From Gammaproteobacteria bacterium (lineage in GTDB: Bacteria; Pseudomonadota; Gammaproteobacteria; UBA4575), in NCBI GenBank assembly GCA_965243395.1, contig CBDEUS010000001.1, forward strand, positions 768,001-832,000: a stretch of DNA of 64,000 nt, read 5' to 3'. This document shows, piece after piece, positions 42,441-53,477 of the stretch. The first letter of the stretch is position 1; every line of letters begins with the position of its first letter. The position numbers and the translations under genes were made by a program. The notes beneath the pieces are model-generated. The model was not told the DNA's origin. It ran no database searches and saw only the letters and a program-made list of their open reading frames with translations.

Positions 42441-45284
42441 ATGGACAAAGACGAGCTTATTAAACTTAGTGGCGGGCAACTTAATAGCAATAATGTTGCT
42501 TATGTAGAAGCGCTTTATGAAGATTACTTAAGCGATCCAGCAGCGGTGCCAGAATACTGGCGGGAGCTTTTTTCTAAGCTTAGTCCTACATCTTCCACCA
42601 ATATCTCTCATGCAAATGTGAGAACAAGTTTACGTGAACAGGCTAAAAATAAATCTCATGAGCCTGTTCCAACTATTACGGATGCGAATAATCGCAAACA
42701 GGTTGGTGTTATTCGTTTAATAAGTGCTTACCGCTATTTAGGTCATCGTCAGGCAGATATTGATCCGCTAGGTGCTGATGCACGCCCTGACATTCCTGAA
42801 TTGAATCCTGAATTTCATGGATTAACTCATTCTGACATGGAAACAGTTTTCGAAACAGGTTCCTTGGGAGGGGTTAAAAAGGCTCCGTTACGCGAAATAA
42901 TTAATATGCTTTCGGTAACTTATTGCGGAACGATTGGTTCGGAATTCAAGCATATTACATCACCGGAACAGAAGGAGTGGATACAAACACGTCTAGAGCA
43001 ATTTTATTTATCCAATGGGCTATCAGATAAACGTAAACGTACGATTTTAGAAACTTTAATTGCTGCAAAATCCTTAGAAGTTTATTTGCATAAAAAATAT
43101 GTTGGACAGAAACGTTTTTCGCTTGAAGGTGGTTTAAGTTTAATTGTAAGTGTCGATGAGATTATTCGACGTTGCGGCTTTCATAAGGTAAGCGAAGTCA
43201 TCATGGGAATGGCGCATCGGGGTCGACTCAATGTTCTGGTAAATATATTAGGTAAAAGTCCAGAAAAGCTATTTCAAGAGTTTGAGGATACTGCAGATCC
43301 AGTGAGTGGTTCTGGCGATGTAAAGTACCACAAAGGATTCTCTTCAGATTTAAAAACAGAGCATGGACCGGTACATACTGTACTTGCATTTAACCCGTCA
43401 CATTTAGAAGCTATAAATCCTGTAATTGAAGGCTCTGTTCGCGCAAGACAAGAAAGGCGTAATGATAAAGAACGTGTAGAAGCTATGCCGTTACTGATCC
43501 ATGGTGATGCAGCATTTGCTGGCCAAGGTGTAGTAATGGAAACCCTTAATCTTTCTAAAACACGTGGCTATACAACAGGTGGAAGTATTCATGTAATCGT
43601 AAATAATCAAATAGGTTTTACTACAAGCGATCCGCTTGATTCTCGTTCTACTTTATATTGCACAGATGTCGCGAAGATGGTGCAAGCACCTATTTTTCAT
43701 GTGAATGGCGATGACCCTGAAGCTGTTGCATATGTTTCAAAACTTGCTGTTGACTTTAGGATGAAATTCAAACGCGATGTAGTGATCGATATGATTTGTT
43801 ATCGACAGCATGGTCACAATGAAGCAGACGAGCCTTCAGTAACGCAACCGCTAATGTATCAAGCTATACGTCATAAAGAAGGTGTGCGAAAGGTATATGC
43901 AAATCGATTGATACGCAATAAAACCATCACTCCTCCAAGAGTTAAAGCTTTAGAAACTAAATATTTAAACAAACTCCAAAGAGGAGAACGTGTTTGCGGC
44001 CCTATAGCAAAAGGTGTAAGTCGTAAATTTGAAGTTAATTATAAGCCGTATATTGGAACTAACTGGCGTGAAAAAGCAAATACAAAAATAACGCAATCAC
44101 GCATAAGAGATCTTTCGCAAAAATTTACTGCGGTACCCAAAGGATTTACATTGCATCGAACAGTAGAAAGAATTATTGATGCTCGAATAAAAATGGGCAA
44201 AGGCGAATTGAATGCAGATTGGGGTTTTGGTGAAACACTGGCGTATGCATCATTGCTTGAAGAAGGTTTTGCAGTTCGTATTTCTGGTCAAGATTCTGTG
44301 CGTGGAACCTTTTTTCATCGTCATGCAGCTTTTCATGATCAATTGACTGGCAAAACTCATGTCCCATTACAACATATCGCTAAAGATCAACTATTATTTC
44401 TGCCGATAAATTCGCTGTTATCAGAAGAGGCTGTATTGGGCTATGAAGTAGGTTATAGCACTGCAGATCCTGAGACATTAGTTATTTGGGAAGCGCAGTT
44501 TGGTGATTTTGCAAATAATGCTCAAATGTATGTAGATCAATTTTTAAGTTCATCCGAGGCAAAGTGGCAGCGTTATTGTGGATTAGTGATGTTGTTACCA
44601 CATGGTTTTGACGGACAAGGGCCGGAACACTCATCTGCTAGATTAGAACGCTATTTGCAGCTTTGTGCTGAAGATAATATGCAGGTATGTATGCCAAGCT
44701 CGCCTTCACAAATCTTTCACATGTTGCGTAGGCAAATGTTACGTCCTTATCGTAAGCCTTTAATTGTAATGACACCAAAAAATATATTACGTGATCCACT
44801 AGCGGCATCACCACTACATGAATTTACCGAAGGCAATTTTAATAATGTGATCGATGAAGTCGAAGATGTAAATGCAGCTAGTATTAAGAAAATTATTTTT
44901 TGTGCGGGTAAGATATATTATGATTTAGCTAAGGCTCGCGCTGAGCATAAGATCAGCAATATAGCAATCATCCGAATTGAGCAGCTGTATCCTTTCCCAC
45001 AAGATGAAGTTAAACAACTAATTAGCAAGTATTCTGGAGCACGCGAGCTAGTATGGTGTCAGGAAGAGCCACGTAATCAAGGAGCATGGTTTTTTATACA
45101 ATCACGGCGAAACCTAAATGCATGTATTCGTGATAATCAAGTTTTGCGATATGCTGGGCGCACCTATTCAGCTTCACCTGCGGCGGGTTCTTTGCATATA
45201 CACAAAGAACAGCAACAAGCATTAATAGAAGACGCACTGGGTTTGCGCGAACAACAATCTAGACCACCACTGAGAGCTGTTTAA
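42441..45284 (+). CDS. sucA: 2-oxoglutarate dehydrogenase E1
   Basis: [41 protein letters not shown]. Confidence 0.95.
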   Translation: MDKDELIKLSGGQLNSNNVAYVEALYEDYLSDPAAVPEYWRELFSKLSPTSSTNISHANVRTSLREQAKNKSHEPVPTITDANNRKQVGVIRLISAYRYLGHRQADIDPLGADARPDIPELNPEFHGLTHSDMETVFETGSLGGVKKAPLREIINMLSVTYCGTIGSEFKHITSPEQKEWIQTRLEQFYLSNGLSDKRKRTILETLIAAKSLEVYLHKKYVGQKRFSLEGGLSLIVSVDEIIRRCGFHKVSEVIMGMAHRGRLNVLVNILGKSPEKLFQEFEDTADPVSGSGDVKYHKGFSSDLKTEHGPVHTVLAFNPSHLEAINPVIEGSVRARQERRNDKERVEAMPLLIHGDAAFAGQGVVMETLNLSKTRGYTTGGSIHVIVNNQIGFTTSDPLDSRSTLYCTDVAKMVQAPIFHVNGDDPEAVAYVSKLAVDFRMKFKRDVVIDMICYRQHGHNEADEPSVTQPLMYQAIRHKEGVRKVYANRLIRNKTITPPRVKALETKYLNKLQRGERVCGPIAKGVSRKFEVNYKPYIGTNWREKANTKITQSRIRDLSQKFTAVPKGFTLHRTVERIIDARIKMGKGELNADWGFGETLAYASLLEEGFAVRISGQDSVRGTFFHRHAAFHDQLTGKTHVPLQHIAKDQLLFLPINSLLSEEAVLGYEVGYSTADPETLVIWEAQFGDFANNAQMYVDQFLSSSEAKWQRYCGLVMLLPHGFDGQGPEHSSARLERYLQLCAEDNMQVCMPSSPSQIFHMLRRQMLRPYRKPLIVMTPKNILRDPLAASPLHEFTEGNFNNVIDEVEDVNAASIKKIIFCAGKIYYDLAKARAEHKISNIAIIRIEQLYPFPQDEVKQLISKYSGARELVWCQEEPRNQGAWFFIQSRRNLNACIRDNQVLRYAGRTYSASPAAGSLHIHKEQQQALIEDALGLREQQSRPPLRAV

Positions 45285-45310
45285 GAGTTGACGATTATAG
45301 AGGTAATGTC

Positions 45311-46606
45311 ATGAAAGTAGATGTAATTGTTCCTGAATTAGCAGAATCTGTTTCTGAAGCAATTATTGGCGAATGGCTAAAAAAGCCAGGTGAATTTGTA
45401 GAAGAGGGTGAGCAATTAGTAGATGTTGAAACTGATAAAGTTGTTTTAGAAATTACTGCGCCAGAAGCAGGCGAACTAGCTTCTATTTCAAAACATAAAA
45501 ATGATCTTGTAGAGAGTAATGAAATCATTGCTGTCATAAATACTAATAAGAAAGCGCCCAAACCACAGGAAAAAGTCGAAAAAGAATCAAGCGTTTCTGA
45601 GTATGTGGCTGCGGTAGCAAGTGCAAATAATGTTGCCCAATTTAAACCTCAGGCAAATTCTACATCTTCAAATACTGCAAATGCTGATAGTGACGCACCA
45701 AAAATAAGTAAGACTAGTCCAGCAGTGAGAAAATTGGCTGCTGAAAATAATATTGATGTCAGTGATGTCAAAGGTACGGGTAAAGATGGAAGAGTTACAA
45801 AAAAAGATATTCAAGCAGCTATAAATTCCAAGGACCCTGCAACGGCTAGTGAAATAGATTCTGCTACAGAAATTATGCTGGCACCTCAGTTTATACCTGC
45901 AAGTACGCGCGAAGATAAACGCGTGCCTATGACCAGCTTACGCAAAAGTATTTCTAAGCGTTTAGTACAGTCACAGCATGAAACTGCCATGTTGACGACA
46001 TTTAATGAAGTTAATATGCAAAGCATACTAGATTTGCGTAAACGTTATAAGGACGGGTTTGAAGAGTCACATGGCGTAAAGCTAGGCTTCATGTCTTTTT
46101 TTGTAAAAGCCGCAGTTGAAGCGCTTAAAGAATTCCCTATAGTAAATGCATCGGTTGAGGGCACGGATATCATATATCATGGTTATTTTGATATTGGTGT
46201 CGCAGTAAGCACGCAACGCGGTTTAATTGTGCCAATAGTGCGAGATGCTGATAGTCTATCTTTTGCTGGTGTTGAGAAAAAGATTAGTGACCTTGCAATA
46301 CGTGCGCAGGAAAATAAGGTGACTATTGAAGAGCTCACGGGCGGCACATTCACTATATCTAATGGTGGTGTTTTTGGTTCCATAATGTCTACTCCTATTA
46401 TTAATCCACCACAAAGTGCAATTTTAGGTATGCACTCAATTCAAGCACGTCCAATTGCGCAAAACGGAGAAGTAGTCATTGCGCCTATGATGTATCTAGC
46501 ATTGAGCTACGACCATCGAATTATTGATGGGAAAGAAGCCGTGCAATTTTTAAGTCATATTAAGAATATTATTGAAGATCCAAATCGATTGTTGCTACAA
46601 GTCTAA
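45311..46606 (+). CDS. sucB: dihydrolipoyllysine succinyltransferase E2
   Basis: Lipoyl motif ETDKV, E3-binding domain, YDHRIIDG. Confidence 0.95.
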   Translation: MKVDVIVPELAESVSEAIIGEWLKKPGEFVEEGEQLVDVETDKVVLEITAPEAGELASISKHKNDLVESNEIIAVINTNKKAPKPQEKVEKESSVSEYVAAVASANNVAQFKPQANSTSSNTANADSDAPKISKTSPAVRKLAAENNIDVSDVKGTGKDGRVTKKDIQAAINSKDPATASEIDSATEIMLAPQFIPASTREDKRVPMTSLRKSISKRLVQSQHETAMLTTFNEVNMQSILDLRKRYKDGFEESHGVKLGFMSFFVKAAVEALKEFPIVNASVEGTDIIYHGYFDIGVAVSTQRGLIVPIVRDADSLSFAGVEKKISDLAIRAQENKVTIEELTGGTFTISNGGVFGSIMSTPIINPPQSAILGMHSIQARPIAQNGEVVIAPMMYLALSYDHRIIDGKEAVQFLSHIKNIIEDPNRLLLQV

Positions 46607-46615
46607 GAAGAATTA

Positions 46616-48034
46616 ATGAAAGAGTATGATGTAGTTGTAATTGGCGCAGGTCCCGCAGGCTATGTTTGTGCAATTCGTTGTGCGCAGCTAGGTATGAAAG
46701 TCGCCTGTATCGATGAGTGGGTAAACTCTAAAGGTAAATCCACGCTTGGCGGCACATGTTTGAATGTAGGCTGTATCCCTTCAAAAGCATTGCTTGATTC
46801 AAGCCATCATGTGCATTTTTTGCATGAGCAGGCTAAAGAGCATGGTATTAAAATTGGCAATCTTGAAATAGATGTACCCACCATGCAAAAGCGCAAGGAT
46901 AAAGTGGTACAGGTCCTCACTGGCGGCGTGGCCAGTTTGTTAAAGAAAAATAAAGTTGATGTTCATATTGGTACGGCAAGTTTTTCTTCTCAAAATGTTG
47001 TTAGCGTTAGAAATAATGCTGTAGGGACCTCAGAAGAGGTGCGAGGAAAGCATATTGTTATTGCCAGTGGTTCAGTTCCGATTGATATTCCCATTGCAAA
47101 TGTAGATCAACAAACGATATTAGATTCCACTGGCGCACTTAGCTTACTAGAGGTACCGAAACGTTTAGGGATCATTGGCGCGGGTGTGATTGGATTGGAA
47201 ATGGGCAGTATATGGAAACGTTTAGGATCTGAAGTCATTATTCTTGAAGCAGTTGCTGATTTTCTCCCTACCGTGGATTCTGCGATTTCAAAAGAAGCCA
47301 AAAAAATATTAATCAAACAAGGATTAGATATTCGTCTCAGCAGCTTAGTTAAAGATGTAAGTGTCAGTAGTGATAAGGCGTTGGTTAAATATGAGTCGGG
47401 CGACGAAGAAAAATCATTGGAAGTTGATAAACTAATTATAGCGGTTGGACGCAAAGCAAATACTGCAAACTTAAGTTTAGAAGTTGCAAACATTAAAACT
47501 GATGATAAAGGTTTTATCGAGACGGATGAGCAATGGAAAACATCTGCAGACAACGTGTATGCAATCGGTGATGTTATAGGTGGTCCAATGCTTGCACATA
47601 AGGGTTCGGAAGAAGGCATTGCAGTTGCTGAGCTACTTGCTGGACAGTATGCTGTGATGAACCATGATTATGTTCCTTGGGTAATTTATACGTGGCCGGA
47701 GATTGCCTGGGCGGGTAAAACCGAGCAAGATTGTAAAGACTCCAAAATCAAGTATAAAGTTGGGACATTTCCTTTTATGGCGCTAGGCCGTGCACGCGCA
47801 ATGGGGGACACAGAAGGAATGTTTAAGATTATTAGTGATCAAGCAAATGACCAAATTCTAGGGGTACATATCCTTGGCCCTAATGCCTCTGAGTTAATTT
47901 CTGAAGCTGTAGTGGCAATGGAGTCTGAGCTATCAAGTGAGGATCTTGCTCGTACTATTCATGCTCATCCAAGCTTAGCCGAAGGCTTGCATGAGGCCGC
48001 ACTTGCAGTAGATAAGCGAGCGATTCATATATAG
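46616..48034 (+). CDS. lpdA: dihydrolipoamide dehydrogenase E3
   Basis: GGTCLNVGCIPSK and HAHPSLAE. Confidence 0.95.
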   Translation: MKEYDVVVIGAGPAGYVCAIRCAQLGMKVACIDEWVNSKGKSTLGGTCLNVGCIPSKALLDSSHHVHFLHEQAKEHGIKIGNLEIDVPTMQKRKDKVVQVLTGGVASLLKKNKVDVHIGTASFSSQNVVSVRNNAVGTSEEVRGKHIVIASGSVPIDIPIANVDQQTILDSTGALSLLEVPKRLGIIGAGVIGLEMGSIWKRLGSEVIILEAVADFLPTVDSAISKEAKKILIKQGLDIRLSSLVKDVSVSSDKALVKYESGDEEKSLEVDKLIIAVGRKANTANLSLEVANIKTDDKGFIETDEQWKTSADNVYAIGDVIGGPMLAHKGSEEGIAVAELLAGQYAVMNHDYVPWVIYTWPEIAWAGKTEQDCKDSKIKYKVGTFPFMALGRARAMGDTEGMFKIISDQANDQILGVHILGPNASELISEAVVAMESELSSEDLARTIHAHPSLAEGLHEAALAVDKRAIHI

Positions 48035-48078
48035 TCTTACTATATCCGTTAACCTTGAAATAATTATTACTCATAAAA

Positions 48079-48522
48079 ATGAATTGGAATATATATTTAT
48101 CTGGAGAGATCCATACGGATTGGCGCCAACAAATTAAATTTGGTGCTGAGAAAAATAATCTACCCGTAACCTTTACTTCTGCAGTAACTGATCATGAAGC
48201 CAGTGATGCTGCTGGAGATTTATTGGGTAAAGAAAATAATAATTTTTGGCGTGATCATAAATCATCTAAAGTGAATAGTATTCGCACTAAAACTTTGATA
48301 GAGAGATGTGATGTAGCGGTAGTTCGATTTGGTGACAAATTTAAACAATGGAATGCTGCATTTGATGCCGGTTGTTGCGCCGCACTTGGCAAACCTTATA
48401 TCACTTTACATGACGAGGAAATTATCCACCCATTAAAAGAAGTAGATGCAGCTGCAATGGCATGGGCGCAAACACCTGATCAGGTAGTAGATATTCTAAA
48501 ATATGTGATCAATAAAGAATAA
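48079..48522 (+). CDS. YtoQ family protein
   Basis: YLSGEIHTDWR, VVRFGDKFKQWNAAFDAG, HPLKEVD. Confidence 0.88.
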   Translation: MNWNIYLSGEIHTDWRQQIKFGAEKNNLPVTFTSAVTDHEASDAAGDLLGKENNNFWRDHKSSKVNSIRTKTLIERCDVAVVRFGDKFKQWNAAFDAGCCAALGKPYITLHDEEIIHPLKEVDAAAMAWAQTPDQVVDILKYVINKE

Positions 48523-48571
48523 GTTCACATAGTAAACTCATCTTAAATTTTCAAGCAATAAATAATTTGCC

Positions 48572-49555
48572 ATGAAATATGTAGAAGTAGTTGCAGATGA
48601 AGGGCATGTAGATACGGTAGCTGCAATTGCTGAACAACTTGAAGTTCCAGACTTTCGATTAGGTCACCTGGATGATGACGGATTACAGCAAATGCGTTTG
48701 TTGGTACCGGATAATAAAATTCAAGATGCTCTTGATAAATTGCAGCAGGCTTTAGACACACAACCTAATGAAAAAATTGTTGTCTTGCCAATAGAAGTTT
48801 CACTTCCTAAATTGTCCAATGAACAGCGCAGGGAAGAAGACCTTGCAACAGAAACACGAGAAGCTTTATATAATGGTGTTGAAAAAAATTCACATCTAGA
48901 TACAAGTTTCGTTTTATTAGTAATCTTATCTACTGTTGTTGCTGCCGTTGGCCTTATTAAAGATAATGTTGCAGTGATTATTGGTGCAATGGTGATTGCA
49001 CCATTATTAGGGCCAAATCTTGCTCTGGGGTTAGGCACAGCTCTGGGCGATATTTCATTGATGATGAAATCAGCTTTCACAACGTTAGTAGGTATCATCA
49101 TAGCTGTAATCTTTTCGGTCGTAATCGGGTTTGTTTGGCCTACTGACACTTTCAGCAGTGAGCTAATTTCTCGCACCGAAGTAGGGTTAGATTCAATAGC
49201 ACTAGCTTTAGCCTCTGGTGCGGCGGCGGCATTGTCTTTAACGACAGGGTTATCGAGTGTACTAGTAGGCGTAATGGTAGCAGTCGCGTTACTGCCTCCT
49301 GCAGCTACTGTTGGAATTATGATGGGTTATGGCAATGTAAGTTTTGCTCTTGGAGCAGCATTACTTTTAGCTATCAATATAGTGTGTGTAAATTTAGCTT
49401 GTAATATTGTATTTCTAACTAAAGGTGTTAGCCCGCGCAAATGGTGGAAAAAAGAGAAAGCGAAGAAAAGTATGAAAGCGTACGTGCTTATGTGGATAGT
49501 TACGTTACTTATTCTTATATTGATTATGTACGCTAGAAAAAGTTTAGAGATTTAA
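48572..49555 (+). CDS. TIGR00341 / DUF389 membrane protein
   Basis: AVIIGAMVIAPLLGP and VGVMVAVALLPP. Confidence 0.88.
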   Translation: MKYVEVVADEGHVDTVAAIAEQLEVPDFRLGHLDDDGLQQMRLLVPDNKIQDALDKLQQALDTQPNEKIVVLPIEVSLPKLSNEQRREEDLATETREALYNGVEKNSHLDTSFVLLVILSTVVAAVGLIKDNVAVIIGAMVIAPLLGPNLALGLGTALGDISLMMKSAFTTLVGIIIAVIFSVVIGFVWPTDTFSSELISRTEVGLDSIALALASGAAAALSLTTGLSSVLVGVMVAVALLPPAATVGIMMGYGNVSFALGAALLLAINIVCVNLACNIVFLTKGVSPRKWWKKEKAKKSMKAYVLMWIVTLLILILIMYARKSLEI

Positions 49556-49557
49556 CG

Positions 49558-50958
49558 TTATTCTGGGTCGAGTTCGCCATCAGCTTCAACATCTAAATTT
49601 TCCTCATCCTCTTTAACCATTTCTTCCTGGTTAGATTCAATACCAATATGGTATGCAGCAAAACCCGGCATCACTACTTGGTTAACTGCCATACCGATAA
49701 TATGGCCGTTGATAGGGGATTCTAAATTGGTACTTTGGTTAGTAATGGGATCAGTGACTACACCTAATACGTCCCCAATTGAAACGTCATCTCCTAAACC
49801 CATTTGGCTAAATAGAATTCCACCACTTTCAACACGCACCCAAGTAGATTCGTAATATGCAGGCTTGGGTTTACCCCAAATAAGAACCCGAGGATACATT
49901 TCGAATTTTTCTAGTACACTGTTTACACTGTGTGTGCCTGCAGTAATCTGATTTTCTTGGATTCGCAATGACTCACCCAATTCCATGGTGATGGCAATAA
50001 TTCCTACGTTGTTTGCAGCCGTACGCAACATGCCAGGGTTTCCTGCATGATGAACGACAGCAATTTTATCGAAGCCTTCAACAAATTCTGCAACTTTTGG
50101 ATTACTCATATTTGCACGTATTTGAGGTAGGTTTGTTCTTCTTAATGAGCCGGTATGTAAATCAATTAAGTAATTGCAATGACTGATAACTTCTGAGAAC
50201 AATGAATATGCAATGCGGGAAGCTAAGCTACCATTTTTCTCTCCTGGGAAAAAACGATTTAAGTCGCGCCTATCTGATAGATATCGAGAGCCCCTTTGAA
50301 ACCCTTGCAAGTTCACAATAGGTACTCCTATCAATGTGCCATTTAAATCTTCAGGTTTGATGTCATACATCACACGACGAACAACTTCTATTCCATTTAA
50401 TTCATCACCATGAATTGCCCCAGTTAAGCACAGGGTGGGCCCAGGATTTGCCCCATTAATTACTAATACGGGTGTAGGAAGCGACAAACCAGAAATACTA
50501 ACTTGAGGAGACCAGGCGAGACGGGTAGAAGTAGCAGGTGGGACTTCAGAGCCTAAAATAACTAATTTTTCACGTTCGGGTTTTTCACGTACAGCGGTAG
50601 CATCTGGATATTTTTTTTCATCATCAATAGATTCTATTTCTACAGAAACATCCTCTTCAGTTTCTTCCTGTGTCTCGGATTCAATTTCATCAGATGCAGG
50701 CGTGGTGACAACAGGCTCCGGTAATGGTGCAACTTCTTTAAGATCTAAATTAGGGGCAACTTTTACTTCCTCATTATCATCAGTAGCTTCTAAAATAGTT
50801 TCTTGATCTGTTGCTATACTTTCTTTTTCATTGGCATAACAAATATTCATTAGCTGAGCTAATAAAAAAAATAAAACCCAAGTGAAGAGATAAATTTTGT
50901 TAGTACAATGAGCAATCACTGCATTGTGTTCCTTGGTGTGGCTATAAGGTTTGTGCAA
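49558..50958 (-). CDS. M14 succinylglutamate desuccinylase/aspartoacylase family peptidase with N-terminal hydrophobic segment and acidic linker
   Basis: GAIHGDELNG, RRDLNR, DLHTGS, ELG; C-terminal barrel-sandwich hybrid-like segment. Start codon uncertain. Confidence 0.88.
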   Translation of the reverse strand: MHKPYSHTKEHNAVIAHCTNKIYLFTWVLFFLLAQLMNICYANEKESIATDQETILEATDDNEEVKVAPNLDLKEVAPLPEPVVTTPASDEIESETQEETEEDVSVEIESIDDEKKYPDATAVREKPEREKLVILGSEVPPATSTRLAWSPQVSISGLSLPTPVLVINGANPGPTLCLTGAIHGDELNGIEVVRRVMYDIKPEDLNGTLIGVPIVNLQGFQRGSRYLSDRRDLNRFFPGEKNGSLASRIAYSLFSEVISHCNYLIDLHTGSLRRTNLPQIRANMSNPKVAEFVEGFDKIAVVHHAGNPGMLRTAANNVGIIAITMELGESLRIQENQITAGTHSVNSVLEKFEMYPRVLIWGKPKPAYYESTWVRVESGGILFSQMGLGDDVSIGDVLGVVTDPITNQSTNLESPINGHIIGMAVNQVVMPGFAAYHIGIESNQEEMVKEDEENLDVEADGELDPE

Positions 50959-51880
50959 AAGTTACGCGCTGATCTACGGATGGAGGGATTTTCTCTAAAT
51001 TTTCAATAGTTTGTAAACTTGATAAAAGTCCACGTTGGTTTGCTAACTGTACATTCAAACCGGGTCGAGCATTCAATTCAAGCATTAATGGTCCGAGCGC
51101 GCGGTCTAAGACGATATCCACACCTAAATAGCCCAATCCGACTGTATCCGAGCATTTTACAGCAATTTGCAAAATTTCTTCCCATCGAGGAATTTGTATG
51201 TCGCATATTGAATTTCCGGTATCAGGATGATGATCCGTAACGAGATTACCTACAACCGCATGAGTCGTGCAACCCGTTGACAGATCGATACCAACACCGA
51301 TTGCTCCTTGATGCAAATTTGCTTTACCTTTTGATTGCCTGGTAGGAAGGCGCACCATAGCTGAAACAGGCACGCCTCGAAAAACGATAATGCGAATATC
51401 TGGTACGCCCTTGTAACTAATTTTATTGAATATCGGATTAAACTTAATCCGATATTCTAAAAATGCATGATCAGGTATACCGCCTAAACTGTACATACCT
51501 GATAATATATTTGATACATAATGCTTAATTGCATTAATGCTCATTAGATCACCACTTGTTGTTTTATAAAGGTTACCAACTTTTCCGTGGAAAACTAAAA
51601 TTCCGTTTCCACCGCTACCGTGAGCAGGTTTAATTACTAAATCACCAAATTTATCTAAAAGTTTTTCTAATTTTTTCCGTTGATGATGATATTTAATTGT
51701 TGCATATAGTTTCGGGACTGCAATGCCTGCGCTAATAGCAAGCTGTTTGGTTTGTAGCTTATTATCAACAAGTGGGTAGTGACTACGTTTGTTATAGCGC
51801 ATGATGTAATCACTATTACGTTGGTTAATTCCGAGCACGCCTTCAGACTTTAGGCGAAATGGGTTAACAAAATTAATCAT
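50942..51880 (-). CDS. alpha-L-glutamate ligase-like ATP-grasp protein (RimK-related)
   Basis: GVLGINQRN, VIKPAHGSGGNGI, GVPDIR, GKANLHQG, LELNARPG. Confidence 0.92.
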   Translation of the reverse strand: MINFVNPFRLKSEGVLGINQRNSDYIMRYNKRSHYPLVDNKLQTKQLAISAGIAVPKLYATIKYHHQRKKLEKLLDKFGDLVIKPAHGSGGNGILVFHGKVGNLYKTTSGDLMSINAIKHYVSNILSGMYSLGGIPDHAFLEYRIKFNPIFNKISYKGVPDIRIIVFRGVPVSAMVRLPTRQSKGKANLHQGAIGVGIDLSTGCTTHAVVGNLVTDHHPDTGNSICDIQIPRWEEILQIAVKCSDTVGLGYLGVDIVLDRALGPLMLELNARPGLNVQLANQRGLLSSLQTIENLEKIPPSVDQRVTFAQTL

Positions 51881-51885
51881 ATTAA

Positions 51886-53409
51886 TTAGTTAGAAGATTG
51901 TATTTCGCGGAATCTAAATAATTCACTAATTCTGTACCCTGTGTAACGCCCCATCCAAATACAAATACCTAAAACTACGAATAAAAATTCAGGAAAAGCG
52001 AACATTAAATAAGTCAGGTGTGGATTGGTCATTATAAGAAATCCTAAACATGCTACAACAAGACTGCCAAATCCTTGTACTAAGGCAGTCTGCGCACCAC
52101 TTTCTTCCCATGTGATTGACATGCGTTCGATTGTCATGGCTAAAATGACCATTGGAAATAATGATATCGATAACAATCGGTCTAAACCAAGTCGACTAGT
52201 AAAGTAACTAATTACTAACATTAGGATGACTACGATCACCAAAATAGCTGCAAGTCTGGGTATTAAAAGTAAACGCAAGCGCTCAAGATACAACCTTATC
52301 AATAAGCCAATAAAAACGATTACGGTAAAAAGGATTACTCCCCATAAGAGTTGCGTTTCACGGAATGCAATTGCTATTAAAATAGGCATGAATGTTCCGA
52401 ACGTTTGCACACCAACAAAAGTTCTCATAAATACAACGAGTAATGCACCTAATGGAACCATCAAAATTAAACTAAAAGTATTTTGTTTGTGGACGGGTAG
52501 TGCAAATAATGTCAGCTTGCCAAGAATAGCTTTGTCTTTCTTTGCAGCAAGCTTTGATACTTCTAGCAGTTCCATGAATGATTTGGTAACTGAAAATTTT
52601 ATCTCCGCAGTATCGCCACCTTTTAATGTATATAAAGGTCCGTTTCCAACTTTCCAAATCACATAACTCGGTGGGACACCAGACACTCCAGTTTTAGGAT
52701 TAAATGTTAGCCATTCATCGCCATTATAGGATTGAATGAATACTTGAGGGATAACGTCATTTGCAGCGTCCGCAAGTTCAATAGCCCAAATTTTACGTGT
52801 AGGAATATGTGCGACAGCAAGGAGCTTAGTTATTAGATTTGCAACTTGCTCGTCTGTTCGCGCCAAACTTTTAACTAAAGAAATATTTTCGTTTTTGTCG
52901 GAAGAGCGTAATTGATTTATTAACTCATAGGTAAAAGATGCTGTATCTGCTGATTGCCTGCGTACATCTTCAATTATTTTATTTACGGCGGTTGCATATG
53001 GCTCAATAAATTCTGGTGCTTGGGGATAATCAGGCACACTGGCCCACTTCGTTGCTACATTAAAACGAGTGATGGTAGTCCTATAATATAAGGTTTGTTC
53101 ACCTAATGCTTTGCGTTTAGCCCATACAGCAGTTTTATTATCACCACGAACTTTCGCATTAAGCCCAAAGTCACCAGAAATATAGTGCTCATCAATTTTT
53201 ATATAGCCAGGTGTAATATTCGGGACAGCCATTGAAGCTTTAATATTTCTACCATTACCATTAAATGATAGCTTTGCTTGTATCGTCCAGGTTTGAGTTG
53301 TTGCATCAGGTACAACTGGCATTCCTAATTGAAATACCTTATGTGAAAAAATCGCTAAACCAATCGCGACAAAAAAAATAGACCAGAAGTGGACTGCTAA
53401 TTTTTGCAT
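51886..53409 (-). CDS. inactive transglutaminase fused to 7TM domain
   Basis: Transglutaminase-like core lacking Cys/His/Asp (LLAVAHIPTR...EWLTFNP); C-terminal GVQTFGTFMPILIA, PRLAAIL, FPMVILAMTIERMSITWEE, GRYTGYRISEL. Confidence 0.9.
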   Translation of the reverse strand: MQKLAVHFWSIFFVAIGLAIFSHKVFQLGMPVVPDATTQTWTIQAKLSFNGNGRNIKASMAVPNITPGYIKIDEHYISGDFGLNAKVRGDNKTAVWAKRKALGEQTLYYRTTITRFNVATKWASVPDYPQAPEFIEPYATAVNKIIEDVRRQSADTASFTYELINQLRSSDKNENISLVKSLARTDEQVANLITKLLAVAHIPTRKIWAIELADAANDVIPQVFIQSYNGDEWLTFNPKTGVSGVPPSYVIWKVGNGPLYTLKGGDTAEIKFSVTKSFMELLEVSKLAAKKDKAILGKLTLFALPVHKQNTFSLILMVPLGALLVVFMRTFVGVQTFGTFMPILIAIAFRETQLLWGVILFTVIVFIGLLIRLYLERLRLLLIPRLAAILVIVVILMLVISYFTSRLGLDRLLSISLFPMVILAMTIERMSITWEESGAQTALVQGFGSLVVACLGFLIMTNPHLTYLMFAFPEFLFVVLGICIWMGRYTGYRISELFRFREIQSSN

Positions 53410-53477
53410 AGTGATGTACGTGTAAAAGCTTGGAATGCTATGGAATAAAGTTCAGCATACCTAAGCAATTATAGTGC

